A stretch of DNA of 49,035 nucleotides from Verrucomicrobiota bacterium. Its GTDB lineage: Bacteria > Verrucomicrobiota > Verrucomicrobiia > Limisphaerales > CANJXF01. Below, one piece after another: positions 9,064 to 18,798 of the stretch. The notes under the pieces were generated by a model that saw only the letters and a program-made list of their open reading frames with translations, ran no database searches and was not told the origin of the DNA. A program made the position numbers and the translations under genes. Location: NCBI GenBank assembly GCA_039925885.1, contig JBDSYB010000129.1:1-49035 (forward strand), given 5' to 3'. Each line of letters opens with the position of its first letter. Position 1 is the stretch's first letter.

Positions 9064-12000
9064 TTACTCAGTCATGAGCGTGGCACTCATGAGGCCAATC
9101 ACCACATCTTGAGAATAAGTTTCCAGGGTTATGTCCTTCAATTTTGTGTTGGGCCGCAGCTTCCACGACAACACCATCGCTCGGCAATTATTCCCCAACT
9201 GGACTGTCGGTGGCGGTTGCTTTGGCAGGCAGAACGCATCCACTTCGTAGCTGTAGTCCATACCGCCCCAAGAACAGAGAGACCAGAAGTTCAGCGGCGG
9301 AACCAACTCCAGCTTCTCCACCTGCCCATCAGCATAATTGAAACGCACTTCGGCATTGGCAATCCGCGTCTGCATTGGAAACGTCGAGCCACACACCAGT
9401 AGCCATACGACGTCCGCCTTCTGATTCACAGGAACAGTTACCGAGCGAGGCCAGTTGTCCCACAACGATGTAAACGCGATATTCTTGTCCTCAGAAAACC
9501 GCGCGAAAGGCACGTTTTGGGACGTCATGATTTGTCCCGGGCCATGCGCTAATTTTTGTAGGTTGGACAAATCAATCGTGGGCGGCTGATTTCCCCAGTA
9601 TGAGAATGTCCAGGCCGAATAGCCGTCCACCCCCAGACGCACCGAGCACGTCTTTGGTCGGGGTGAGAGGTATTGCTGTTGGAAAATCGTCCGGACATCT
9701 CCGTTGTATTGGGGTGTCAGATCAAGACATTTCCAGTTCGCCTTCTTAGGCGCTTCGCGTGGCGTCCTTACCGTCAGCTTCGCCTCGCCTTCTGGATTAG
9801 TCACATGCAACTTGAAAACTTGCCGCTGGGGCAGTTTTCCTACTTCTACTTCAGCCAGCACAATATGGTTCCCTGGCTTCTGTGCGAAACGCCCTCTTAT
9901 CGTCGAACCGTCCGCTTGCGCGCCTTCGATTATATCATGAAAATCCTGCCAGCGCACAATCTTGCCACGCGGCGCAACGAGACGAACGCTTTCGCCCACA
10001 TTACCTTTCATCCCAACCGCGGCGGCCTGAGGCAGCCTATCAATCGTCTCGATAGCTATCTCGGCTACCTTTGATTTTTGCGCGGACAACAGCAGCCATG
10101 TACAGCCGAATCCTGCCTCGACCTTCCATCGAATTTCTTGCCCATTGAGCCTGACACGCCGAATCTCCCTGGCGCGAACCGGAAGACGAAAATGCACGTC
10201 GGCCTCACGGGGCAACGTCAGACGATACTTGTCCACACCGCCTTCCTGCAGGTAGTCGAAGGTGTAGTCCGGCGTCCGAATTGATGCCGTTGGCCACGAA
10301 GAAGGAAACGCCGGACACATTCGCACCGCTCCATTGGGATAGTCGGGGTCGTAACCGAACAATCCCTCTACTACCGCGCGGGCAAACATGTGGCTATTGT
10401 CCGAGAAGTCCGTGCCCGCGCCGATGTGACTGAATCCACCGGGCACGGCGCTGGCATAGGCACTCTCCAGTGTAGCACCGAGCAGCAGATCCCATCCTTC
10501 ATCTCCCAACCCTATCTTAAAGTAACTTAGAGCCAGGTGCAAAATGTCCCCGCCAAACATATCGCGGACAAACCACTTTGATGGCACCCAGTTGGACGGT
10601 TGGCACAATACCCCGCCAAAGGGTAAGCGGATACGTTCCAGTCCCCATTCGGTGAAGTAGAGCGCCTGTAGAGCTTCCTCTGGCGTGGTGATCCCGACAT
10701 CTATCGGTAGGAATTCACTATAAACCCAGGCATCCGAATGCACCCGACGATGCCCGCCCTGTTCCAGGTAAAGGCCAAAGTGTCCGCGATCCTTCAACCA
10801 CAACACGTCCTTTAACCCACGCTTAATCTTTTCTGCTCGTGCCTGATGGCGCGCCGCCGCTTCTTTATCTCCGGCCCGTCGAGCCATATCCATCGCGGCA
10901 AAGTGACCGTAATAAGCATATGCTGATTCCTCCACGCTGCCGCCACCGTTATACCAGATAGAGTCTGACGGCAACGTATTGATGTAACTCTCGTAAAGCC
11001 CGTCATCATCAGGATCAAAACAGTCCTTGTCCCACTCCAAATGCAATTCAAGCGCCGGACGAAGAACCTTCTCCATTTCTGGATCGGCCGTCCAGCGCCA
11101 GTCGCGGACAAGCTGGTCAAAGAACTGCGACTGGGAATTATACATATGCGGTAGAGAAGGCACCACTCGACCTCGACCATAAAACCGCGATTCTGAACCT
11201 TCGAGACAGTAGAGACGCGCAGCATCAGAATGAGGTTGGACGTGATCTTTATCATCATTCACTTGAGTCGCCGCGTAGTGAACCCCAGTGCCTTTTACGC
11301 GGTCGTGCCAGCCAAGAGCTGTCGCGCCGCCGATAACCCGCCAGCCCAGGAAAGGGATAAAGAATGCCATCGAGCCATGCCGGAAAATAACCGGATCCCG
11401 GTCGCAGGCAGCGTCTATTGGATGACACACGGCCGCGACTGCTGCGTCCAGTCTCGGATCAGGAGTTTCAATTTGCACCCGCTCGATTTTCTGAAGGTAT
11501 TCGACGCCCTCCTGGAAGGCTTTCGCTGGATCCGCAATTTGCAAGGTCTGAGTGATAGCGTTTACTGGCGCGACTTCGACAGCCCAGAAAAGCTCATCTT
11601 CTCCCGCCTTTAGATCAATAACCTCACACACCATCGGCAACTTATCGGCAGTTGATTCAATTAACGTCATTGGTCTCGCACCGGCTGAAGCATCGGCGAC
11701 CTGCAACTTCCCCTCGCGATCCGATTTGCCAATAGCTACCTGTTCCGCATGGTCATTCGCCCCCAACCGGAACGCCTGGCCTTCGATCTTCACTTGGTTG
11801 CGAACGCACCACTCCGGAATCATGCCAAACATCAGTTCCGGTTTGCGGGGGTCGCCCGTCTTACAGACATCGGGGTTCCCGCGCATGATCGGGTCCCAAT
11901 TCAAACGCGGATTCGCGTCGGATTTGGCACCGCCGAAAGCCCATACCAATTTGTCGCCCGACCGTTGGCCCTGAACTTTAAGTCGCAAAGCGAATCCTGC

Positions 12001-12468
12001 TGCATCTTTTAATGGCACCGCATCGAGGGTCACGCTCACCTCCGGCAACGTGGAGTCCGTGATCCGCCAGGTCATCCGCCCACACCGGTAACGGGATTCA
12101 ACCTCCGAGTATTCGTGAAACCATTTCCCAGCGCCGTCGCGAACAATCGCCGCAGAGAAACTTCCGTGGACGTATGGCTTGGCCAGAAACCGCAGAAACG
12201 GCCTATCCCCCGCCATCACCACGCCTTCAGTTCGGGGTGAACAATAGAGTGGACGGTTGTTAAAATAGGTTCCGTTGTGCATCACAATCTCGCGGCCTTC
12301 CGCGGTGTATCGCAACGCTCCTTTTTCGAGGTAGGTCGTTGTTACTACCTGTCCCGGCTCCCGCAAAAAGGCCGGGTCGGACGCGTTCAACGTCATAGCG
12401 GCGGTCAGCAACCCGCACCAGGTTATCGCAATAACTTCTCGCTTTCGATTACGCATATACGACTGCAT
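9064..12468 (-). CDS. large secreted glycoside-hydrolase-like protein (six-hairpin-like core, family unassigned)
   Basis: 1134-aa ORF with an ATG start and a hydrophobic leader (WCGLLTAAMTLNA). The central region is rich in the W/D/E motifs of (alpha/alpha)6 glycosidases (DPDDDGLYESY, WVYSEF, EGLFGYDPDYP). The long beta-rich N- and C-terminal regions are of unknown function. Confidence 0.5.
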   Translation of the reverse strand: MQSYMRNRKREVIAITWCGLLTAAMTLNASDPAFLREPGQVVTTTYLEKGALRYTAEGREIVMHNGTYFNNRPLYCSPRTEGVVMAGDRPFLRFLAKPYVHGSFSAAIVRDGAGKWFHEYSEVESRYRCGRMTWRITDSTLPEVSVTLDAVPLKDAAGFALRLKVQGQRSGDKLVWAFGGAKSDANPRLNWDPIMRGNPDVCKTGDPRKPELMFGMIPEWCVRNQVKIEGQAFRLGANDHAEQVAIGKSDREGKLQVADASAGARPMTLIESTADKLPMVCEVIDLKAGEDELFWAVEVAPVNAITQTLQIADPAKAFQEGVEYLQKIERVQIETPDPRLDAAVAAVCHPIDAACDRDPVIFRHGSMAFFIPFLGWRVIGGATALGWHDRVKGTGVHYAATQVNDDKDHVQPHSDAARLYCLEGSESRFYGRGRVVPSLPHMYNSQSQFFDQLVRDWRWTADPEMEKVLRPALELHLEWDKDCFDPDDDGLYESYINTLPSDSIWYNGGGSVEESAYAYYGHFAAMDMARRAGDKEAAARHQARAEKIKRGLKDVLWLKDRGHFGLYLEQGGHRRVHSDAWVYSEFLPIDVGITTPEEALQALYFTEWGLERIRLPFGGVLCQPSNWVPSKWFVRDMFGGDILHLALSYFKIGLGDEGWDLLLGATLESAYASAVPGGFSHIGAGTDFSDNSHMFARAVVEGLFGYDPDYPNGAVRMCPAFPSSWPTASIRTPDYTFDYLQEGGVDKYRLTLPREADVHFRLPVRAREIRRVRLNGQEIRWKVEAGFGCTWLLLSAQKSKVAEIAIETIDRLPQAAAVGMKGNVGESVRLVAPRGKIVRWQDFHDIIEGAQADGSTIRGRFAQKPGNHIVLAEVEVGKLPQRQVFKLHVTNPEGEAKLTVRTPREAPKKANWKCLDLTPQYNGDVRTIFQQQYLSPRPKTCSVRLGVDGYSAWTFSYWGNQPPTIDLSNLQKLAHGPGQIMTSQNVPFARFSEDKNIAFTSLWDNWPRSVTVPVNQKADVVWLLVCGSTFPMQTRIANAEVRFNYADGQVEKLELVPPLNFWSLCSWGGMDYSYEVDAFCLPKQPPPTVQLGNNCRAMVLSWKLRPNTKLKDITLETYSQDVVIGLMSATLMTE

Positions 12469-12515
12469 CTTTCCCTCTTATTTGAACCGTCCCTCGCGCA
12501 GGTTTTTCCGACTCG

Positions 12516-13682
12516 CTAAGAAGGTTCTTTCAAATTAAAACGTTGAGGATTGAATAGCTCGATGTTGTGCCGGGTTTTACCGTCCACGGCGAGATCGGCT
12601 AGAATCTCACCAACAACACTGCAAAATTTAAACCCATGTCCAGAGAAGCCGGCGGCGATGGTGACTTCCTGATGCTGTGGGTGGAGTCCAATGACGAAGT
12701 TCTTGTCCGGCGTATTGGTATACATACAAGTAACCGCGTTCAACAATTCGCTGTTCAAACTTGGAATGAACTGTGAGATCGCACGGCGCATCAACTCGAT
12801 TTCATTTTGATGAATCTCTCGATCTATAGTTTGCGGTGTGCATTTGGAAACAATGGGGCCGCGATAAAATGAAACCTTTACTCCGCCATGCGCGCCTTCT
12901 GCAGCGGGAATGCCGTAAGGCTGCAGCCCCTCTTCGTTTTCGTAAATGAACACAGGAAACCTACTTGGTAGAAACGGTTCGATCCCGCCAATCGGGTCAA
13001 ACCAATAAAGGACTTGTCGTTCTACCTCCAAAGGAATTCCTAACTCGGCCAACACGCTCGGCGCCCAGGGGCCAGCCGTGATGATGAGTCGCCCGGCTTC
13101 ATACGTGTTTGTCCCAGTTGTCACTCGCACTCCATCCAGCATCGGCTCCCACGCGAGAACTTCCTCCTCAAACCGGAGTGTCGCGCCGAGTTGTTGGGCG
13201 CGATCCAGGTGAGCTTTGATGGATTCCTCCGGTCGGATAAATCCTGTGTTCATTTCAAACAATGCCACGGTGTCAGGACTCGGTTGTATCGGTGGAAAAC
13301 GTTTGCGAATCTGGTTCGCGTCCAAAATTTCATGAGGAAGGTTGTGTTCCTTTGCGCTACGAATACTTCCCGTGACAACCGAACTTCCCGGTTGCCCCAT
13401 CATCAACCCGCCAGTCAACGTCAATAAATCTCGACCCGTATCGCGTTCAAGTTGATGCCAGAGTTCGTAAGCGCGGAGTAACAGAGGAACGTAAGCCGTA
13501 TCTTCATAGTAAGCCTGACGAATGACTCGACTACTGCCATGACTAGAACCTCGATCATGCGGTGAGGTATATTGTTCCAATCCAAGAACGCGTTGTCCTC
13601 TAGCCGCGAGGTGATAGGCGGCGGCACTTCCCATTCCACCAAGCCCAATGACTATGACATCAAATGTTTGCCCATTACTCAT
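12516..13682 (-). CDS. solA: FAD-dependent N-methyl-L-tryptophan / monomeric sarcosine oxidase
   Basis: The ATG at 13682 is one codon after a GTG. FDVIVIGLGGMGSAAAYHLA is the FAD GxGxxG motif. SSHGSSRVIRQAY and GFSGHGFKF are typical of the MSOX/MTOX family. Confidence 0.75.
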   Translation of the reverse strand: MSNGQTFDVIVIGLGGMGSAAAYHLAARGQRVLGLEQYTSPHDRGSSHGSSRVIRQAYYEDTAYVPLLLRAYELWHQLERDTGRDLLTLTGGLMMGQPGSSVVTGSIRSAKEHNLPHEILDANQIRKRFPPIQPSPDTVALFEMNTGFIRPEESIKAHLDRAQQLGATLRFEEEVLAWEPMLDGVRVTTGTNTYEAGRLIITAGPWAPSVLAELGIPLEVERQVLYWFDPIGGIEPFLPSRFPVFIYENEEGLQPYGIPAAEGAHGGVKVSFYRGPIVSKCTPQTIDREIHQNEIELMRRAISQFIPSLNSELLNAVTCMYTNTPDKNFVIGLHPQHQEVTIAAGFSGHGFKFCSVVGEILADLAVDGKTRHNIELFNPQRFNLKEPS

Positions 13683-13829
13683 CACTGAAATGAAACTACC
13701 TAACCGAACTCATTCGTGCAACACTTCACCGACAAAGATATGAAAGCCAACGATTAAAATCAATTGGAAGAAAAATATTGTGTCATCAAAAAAAAGTCTT
13801 ACTCTTGATTCAATAAAACCCACTGACCA

Positions 13830-14528
13830 ATGAAAATTACGCTCATCGGCATTCTCTTACTCGGATGCGTTCTTTCGAGCTTTGCTCAACCAACGCAGAA
13901 GTTACAAACCACGAACCAACCGGTAAAAGATCCCGCCTTTGATCGCGTCACTGACACTCCGAACCTTCCGCGCATTTTGTTGATCGGCGATTCCATTTCC
14001 ATGGGTTATACCGTTCCCGTTCGGAAATTGCTGAAAGACAAGGCCAACGTGCATCGTATTCCCGAAAATGGCGGACCGACTTCCAATGGTCTGGCGAAGA
14101 TGAAAGTCTGGTTGGGCGAGAGCCGATGGGATGTCATTCATTTTAATTTTGGCTTGCACGATTTGAGATTGGTCACTCCAGGAAAGCAACGCATCCCGCC
14201 AGAAGCGTATGAAAAAAATTTGCGCAAACTGGTCCGGCAGTTGCAGGAAACAAAAGCGAAATTGATCTGGGCCACCACCACGCCGGTTCCGCCCGGCCCA
14301 TTCAGCGCACTTGGACGCGCCACGGAAGATGTGCCCATTTACAATGCAGTTGCCGCAAAAGTCATGGAGGAGAATGGAATTGTCAGTGATGATTTGTATG
14401 CTTTCGCATTGCCGCAGTTATCAAAAATTCAAAAGCCGGTGAATGTTCATTACACCGAGGAAGGTTATGAAGTGTTAGCCAAAAAAGTAGCGGCGAGCAT
14501 TGAACCATTCCTTCCAAAATCGAAATAA
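13830..14528 (+). CDS. secreted SGNH/GDSL hydrolase
   Basis: Signal peptide MKITLIGILLLGCVLSSFA. SGNH blocks LLIGDSISMGY, ENGGPTS and HFNFGLHDL are present. Confidence 0.75.
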   Translation: MKITLIGILLLGCVLSSFAQPTQKLQTTNQPVKDPAFDRVTDTPNLPRILLIGDSISMGYTVPVRKLLKDKANVHRIPENGGPTSNGLAKMKVWLGESRWDVIHFNFGLHDLRLVTPGKQRIPPEAYEKNLRKLVRQLQETKAKLIWATTTPVPPGPFSALGRATEDVPIYNAVAAKVMEENGIVSDDLYAFALPQLSKIQKPVNVHYTEEGYEVLAKKVAASIEPFLPKSK

Positions 14529-14579
14529 GAACCCCGGCGAAATTTCCGACGCGCTTCTTTTATTCACGGTGTAGCTAAA

Positions 14580-14597
14580 GCGGCGACATGTCGCCGC
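14580..14597. terminator. GC-rich perfect palindrome between convergent genes (possible bidirectional terminator)
   Basis: GCGGCGACATGTCGCCGC lies in the 87-bp gap between the stop of the plus-strand esterase (14528) and the stop of the minus-strand giant gene (14616). The U-tract is only weak (TTTAGC on the minus strand). Confidence 0.4.
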
Positions 14598-14615
14598 ACT
14601 CCACCTCACCTTTCT

Positions 14616-17600
14616 TTACGGTGTTCGTTGCAGCCGATAGGTGCGGCTATTGAAGTTGATCGCTTGCGTATCCGTGAAAGTAGTTACCCCATTGGTCAAT
14701 AGGTTGGTCTGGAGCGGAAGCCAGTTCAATAGGTTGGTTGCGGCTTGGACGATGTAACTCTGACCCACGCTGCCCGAAATGGCGAACTGGAACTGACCGT
14801 TGCCAAGCCATTGGGGAGAACTGAGGAGCAACGGTTGGGCCGAATAATTGCCGATGGCCGAACTGTAGGTCAACTGGTCAATATACAATGTGATTGTATT
14901 CCCGCTATTCGCGCTGCCCAATCCGCCGGTTATCAATCCATAAGCGTTAAAACTGGCTCCGATGCTGCGCTGGGCCGCAGTCAGATCCTGATCTAATGTC
15001 CCCAGAGAAGCACCGGCACTATTGAACATCTGCACGGTCAGTCGTCCTTGGCTGTTCACCCCGGCGCTGGGGTCATAATCCACCGTGTACTTATAGGTGC
15101 TGTTGCCCGGCGTCAGATTGATGACGGCAACAGGCTGGACTGTTGTGCCGTCACCCAATGTAAAAGTCGGACGGACGCGGTAGGTTCCTTGGCCGCCGCC
15201 GATAGGTTCGGCCAAGGTCAAGCCGAGCGTATTTTTGCGGAGGGTGACGCCCGCGTTCGTAGTGTTGCAAAATCCAAACACCACGGCGTTATCATAGAGC
15301 GGACTGGTGCTGGCCGCGGTAATGGCCAGTTCACCATAGCCGTGCAGCGCGTTGGTCAGAGTGAAGGTTGTTCCTAGCGTAGCGTCGCCATAAAAGGAGA
15401 TGCTGGTGGTGCGAGCTATAACACCACCGGCTTCTCCCGCTGGCGATCCAAAACCGGTGTTGTCCGTATTGGAAAAACTAAAATTGTTTCCGTTGCTCGT
15501 ATTGCCCACCCCAGTCCAGCCATGGGCCACGACATCCTCCGCGGTATCGAATGGCTCCGTCACTTCAGTGACGACCACGCCATCATCATCCACAATTGTC
15601 ATGGTGGCTGCGTCAGGAAAACCGACCGTGTAAGCAGCATTGGGAGTTAGCGTCAACGTCACGGTCTCATTGCCTTCCACCAGATTATCGTCAATCGGAT
15701 TCACTATCACCGTCGCATCGAGTGATCCCGCCAGGATAGTTGCCGAACCGGGAAGACTCGCGTAATCCAACCCGTTGCCGGCCGTGCCACTGAGGGTGTA
15801 AAACACGGTCAAGTTGCTGCTACTGACGCTTGGGCGCGAGATTGTAAAAACGCCGATGCCCCCAGCTTCAACCACATTCATATCGCTGTCCGTGATGGCG
15901 ATTGTGGGCGGGCCATCATTGTCGGCAATCGTAACGGTGGCGCTGCCGGGCGAGCCAGTCACGTAAGCGGCATTCGCGGCCAGTGTCAGCACCGTCGTCT
16001 CATTGCCTTCTACCAGACTGTCGTCAATCGGATTAACGGTCACCATCGCATTGACCGAACCGGCTGGAATCGTCACCGATCCAGGAAGACTCGCGTAATC
16101 CACTCCTTTGCTGGCGGTGCCGCTGATGCTGTAGAACACCGTCAGATTGCTGCTGATACTGCCACTGCGAGTTATCCTGAAGGTGCTAGGATCGGATGGC
16201 TCGGCCGCATTGAGGTCGGTAGCCGTGATGGTGATAGTTGACGGTCCATCATCGTCGGCAATGGTAACGGTGGCGCTACTGGGCGCGCCGACAGTGTAAG
16301 CGGCATTGGTTGCCAGTGTCAGCACGACGGTCTCATCGCCTTCCACCAGAAGATCATCAATTGGGGTGACGGTAAGATTCGTGCTGAAGGCTCCGGCAAG
16401 CAAAGTTACGGAGCCTGGCAGATTGACATAGTCTACTCCATTGCTGGCGATGCCGCTGATCGTGTAAAACACCATCAGATTACTGCTCGTGTTACCCGCC
16501 CTGCTGACGGTAAATGCGCCGGTTGACGAAGGCTCTGCGGCAGTGGGGTCGCTGGCGGTCACAGCAACGATGGGCAAACCATTTGGCGCGGTGTAGCGCC
16601 ATGTGCCAGTCTCCGAAGCACTCACCCAAAGTTGGCGCGTGACCGGATGCACCTGCATACGAAGCGCCCCGCGTCCACCGCCGTCCAACCCCGGTTGACC
16701 CGGTTGCAACGAAAGCCCGGTCCAATTCGTCCCGCTGTTCGTCGAACGCATGACCGAGTATCCCACCCCGTAGACGTCGTCCTGCCGCCCGACATAAACC
16801 ACGCGCGGATCTACCGGATCAACCGCCACGCATTGAGCCGACCGGAAGCTCACCAGCGGATCCAACGGCAGCCGGTTGCTGATGTCGGTCAAGACCCCGC
16901 CTTGATACTGGTACAACTTGCCGTAACCCTGATCGCCGTAGGCAATATAGAGACGGCTGTTGATATAATCGTACGCCACTTCCTGGATCACCGAGTCGCC
17001 CGGCATTTTGACCACCAAGGTCCAGTTCGTGCCCTGATCGGTGGATTTCATAACTCGGCGGTCATTGGAGCCGTTCCAGATCCCGTAAAGCTCCTTGGCC
17101 CCACTCGGATCCGCGTTATGCGTTACGACCCCCTGCACTGAGCTTGCCGTCATTGCCTGCCAGGTTTGCCCGGCGTCCGTGGTGCGATAGTTGTTCCAAA
17201 ATGCTCCGTTCGCGTTAACCGGATTGCCGTACGCGCCGGTCACTCCGCCGCCCGTGGGGCCAGCCGCGGACCACGTCACTCCGGAATTAGTACTCAGGTA
17301 CAGAGTAAAGGGGCCGGCCCAAGCTGGGCCCCGGTCTTGGACCAATCGGGTGGGGGAGAAAACATATCCGCCCATCGTATGTCCTGAACCTAGTTTCCAA
17401 AACCAGGTAGCGCCACCGTTGGTGGTATAAGCGCCGGAATAATCCTGCCCCGTAACAATAGCCAGATTTGGATCCTGAAGATTAAAAATCGTATATCTCG
17501 CTGCGAAGCTGGTGTAACCGTTATCGTGCCAGACGTAAGAGACGCCGCCATCCGTGCTCTTGACGACGAAATCACCCCGGGTGTTGATCACCACGTTGGA

Positions 17601-18785
17601 TAGCGTGGGGTGCCAGGCACCTACATTCGGTAAACCGTGTACCCCATAACCATTGATCAGATTCGGCTCGGCGGGATAGGTAGCCTTTGTCCACGAGTTG
17701 CCGCCGTCGTGCGAATAGTGAGCGTCCACCCAACCCGTCGCGGAAGCGCCAATGGACATGTAATTGGTCGTCACCGGGCTGACCCGAATGTTACTCTGGT
17801 TCCCCGGCAGACCCGTCGCGGCTTTCAGGTCCCAAGTCGCCCCGGAGTCCGTGGACACGTAGATTCTGTTAACGCTGGACACAAGACAATTGACAACTAC
17901 GAAGTTGGGTGCTGATTTGGAAACCGCCAAACCTCTGATTTCCGCGTTCAAGGTTTTGGTGAAGGAAACACCTTGATTGTCGCTGTAATAGACTCCCCCT
18001 CCTGTCACCGGTGTTCCCACATAAAGACGCCCCGAAGTCGGGTGCACCGCCAGATAAGCGTTGCCATAGGTCACGCCGGTTTGAACCGCGGTCCAGGTCA
18101 AGCCGCCGTCGGTTGAGCGATACAAGTTGCCGTTGCCCTGATGGGGCGCGGTCAATCCATAATCCACATTGGTTATGGTGGACGCTTGAGACCAGTAAGC
18201 CCGCGTGCTTTTCGTCCCATCGAAACTGCTTGGGTCCCACGCGATCTGCCACTTGGGACCTCCGCCGCAATTGGCTTGATTCACCGGGAACCAATCCACG
18301 GCGGTGTTCGTGGACATCCACAGTCCGCGGGAGGCACCGTAGCTATGGCCGCCGACGATGAGAACCCGGCTGGAATTGTTGGGATCAATCGCCACCGCCC
18401 AGGCGCCTCTGGGCTTCAGCCCACGGCGGGAGGGCTCCCACATCGCGCCGCCGTTGGTGCTGCGCCATACTCCACCCACGTCTGTGCCAAACACCAAAAC
18501 GTTCCCGTCCCCGCCGATGTCGAAGCCCCTGAATCTCTGGCAACCTTCCCCGCCATAATAGCCCTGGCTGGCAGCGCCGGCCGTAACGAAGGGTGTTTGC
18601 AGCCATTGCGCTTGGGCAGGAATGGCCGCCAACCACCCGACTGCCAGCAAAAAGGCCAGGACAAGACGCTGGGCGCTTCGCCAACGCCGCTGGTTCGACG
18701 CGGACGCGCGGGTGGAGAGCGGAAGGATGCGTTCAGCCGACAAGAGCATTACCGGCAACAGATGAGTGGACTTTTTATGATTCAT
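14616..18785 (-). CDS. giant secreted protein: Asp-box (BNR) double-propeller-like region (Sortilin/GH74-like), three Calx-beta domains, a 247-aa lectin-like module and a 73-aa C-terminal domain
   Basis: About 12 SxDxGxTW-type Asp boxes (STDGGLTW, STDSGATW, SHDGGNSW, TTNGGATW, STNSGVTW, TTDAGQTW, STDQGTNW, STNSGTNW...). Three 109-111-aa Calx-beta units follow. The start is uncertain: ATG at 18785 or 18749. The track ORF start at 18860 would overlap the upstream gene. The hydrophobic leader is LVLAFLLAVGWLAAIPAQA. Confidence 0.8.
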   Translation of the reverse strand: MNHKKSTHLLPVMLLSAERILPLSTRASASNQRRWRSAQRLVLAFLLAVGWLAAIPAQAQWLQTPFVTAGAASQGYYGGEGCQRFRGFDIGGDGNVLVFGTDVGGVWRSTNGGAMWEPSRRGLKPRGAWAVAIDPNNSSRVLIVGGHSYGASRGLWMSTNTAVDWFPVNQANCGGGPKWQIAWDPSSFDGTKSTRAYWSQASTITNVDYGLTAPHQGNGNLYRSTDGGLTWTAVQTGVTYGNAYLAVHPTSGRLYVGTPVTGGGVYYSDNQGVSFTKTLNAEIRGLAVSKSAPNFVVVNCLVSSVNRIYVSTDSGATWDLKAATGLPGNQSNIRVSPVTTNYMSIGASATGWVDAHYSHDGGNSWTKATYPAEPNLINGYGVHGLPNVGAWHPTLSNVVINTRGDFVVKSTDGGVSYVWHDNGYTSFAARYTIFNLQDPNLAIVTGQDYSGAYTTNGGATWFWKLGSGHTMGGYVFSPTRLVQDRGPAWAGPFTLYLSTNSGVTWSAAGPTGGGVTGAYGNPVNANGAFWNNYRTTDAGQTWQAMTASSVQGVVTHNADPSGAKELYGIWNGSNDRRVMKSTDQGTNWTLVVKMPGDSVIQEVAYDYINSRLYIAYGDQGYGKLYQYQGGVLTDISNRLPLDPLVSFRSAQCVAVDPVDPRVVYVGRQDDVYGVGYSVMRSTNSGTNWTGLSLQPGQPGLDGGGRGALRMQVHPVTRQLWVSASETGTWRYTAPNGLPIVAVTASDPTAAEPSSTGAFTVSRAGNTSSNLMVFYTISGIASNGVDYVNLPGSVTLLAGAFSTNLTVTPIDDLLVEGDETVVLTLATNAAYTVGAPSSATVTIADDDGPSTITITATDLNAAEPSDPSTFRITRSGSISSNLTVFYSISGTASKGVDYASLPGSVTIPAGSVNAMVTVNPIDDSLVEGNETTVLTLAANAAYVTGSPGSATVTIADNDGPPTIAITDSDMNVVEAGGIGVFTISRPSVSSSNLTVFYTLSGTAGNGLDYASLPGSATILAGSLDATVIVNPIDDNLVEGNETVTLTLTPNAAYTVGFPDAATMTIVDDDGVVVTEVTEPFDTAEDVVAHGWTGVGNTSNGNNFSFSNTDNTGFGSPAGEAGGVIARTTSISFYGDATLGTTFTLTNALHGYGELAITAASTSPLYDNAVVFGFCNTTNAGVTLRKNTLGLTLAEPIGGGQGTYRVRPTFTLGDGTTVQPVAVINLTPGNSTYKYTVDYDPSAGVNSQGRLTVQMFNSAGASLGTLDQDLTAAQRSIGASFNAYGLITGGLGSANSGNTITLYIDQLTYSSAIGNYSAQPLLLSSPQWLGNGQFQFAISGSVGQSYIVQAATNLLNWLPLQTNLLTNGVTTFTDTQAINFNSRTYRLQRTP
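14619..15578 (-). repeat. copy A of a 320-aa C-terminal module shared with the upstream gene
   Basis: TEPFDTAEDVVAHGWTGVGNTSNGNNFSFSNTDNTGFGSPAGE...LYIDQLTYSS...QPLLLSSPQWLGNGQFQF...TNLLNWLPL...YRLQRTP aligns without gaps (314 aa) to copy B. Confidence 0.85.
15579..16571 (-). repeat. three tandem coding repeats (about 330 nt each) encoding Calx-beta domains
   Basis: Units 16239-16571, 15906-16238 and 15579-15905. Each encodes ...AAEPS..F.I.R.G..SSNL.VFY..SG.A..G.DY..LPGS....AG......V.PIDD.LVEGNET..LTL......Y.....S.ATVTIADDDG. Confidence 0.85.
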
Positions 18786-18798
18786 ACCGGTTGGAGCT

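Noticed and set aside
14563-14607. CACGGTGTAGCTAAAGCGG...GCACTCCACC, which superficially resembles tRNA-Gly 5' and 3' ends and might be the partner att site.
   Set aside because: It is only about 45 nt and has no T arm or anticodon arm. The middle is the terminator-like palindrome. The similarity to the 26640-26676 fragment is too short to distinguish from chance.
15579-16571. Regularly spaced ~330-nt repeats, considered as a possible CRISPR-like or non-coding array.
   Set aside because: The units are contiguous and in frame, and they encode Calx-beta domains. There are no short repeat/spacer alternations anywhere in the window.
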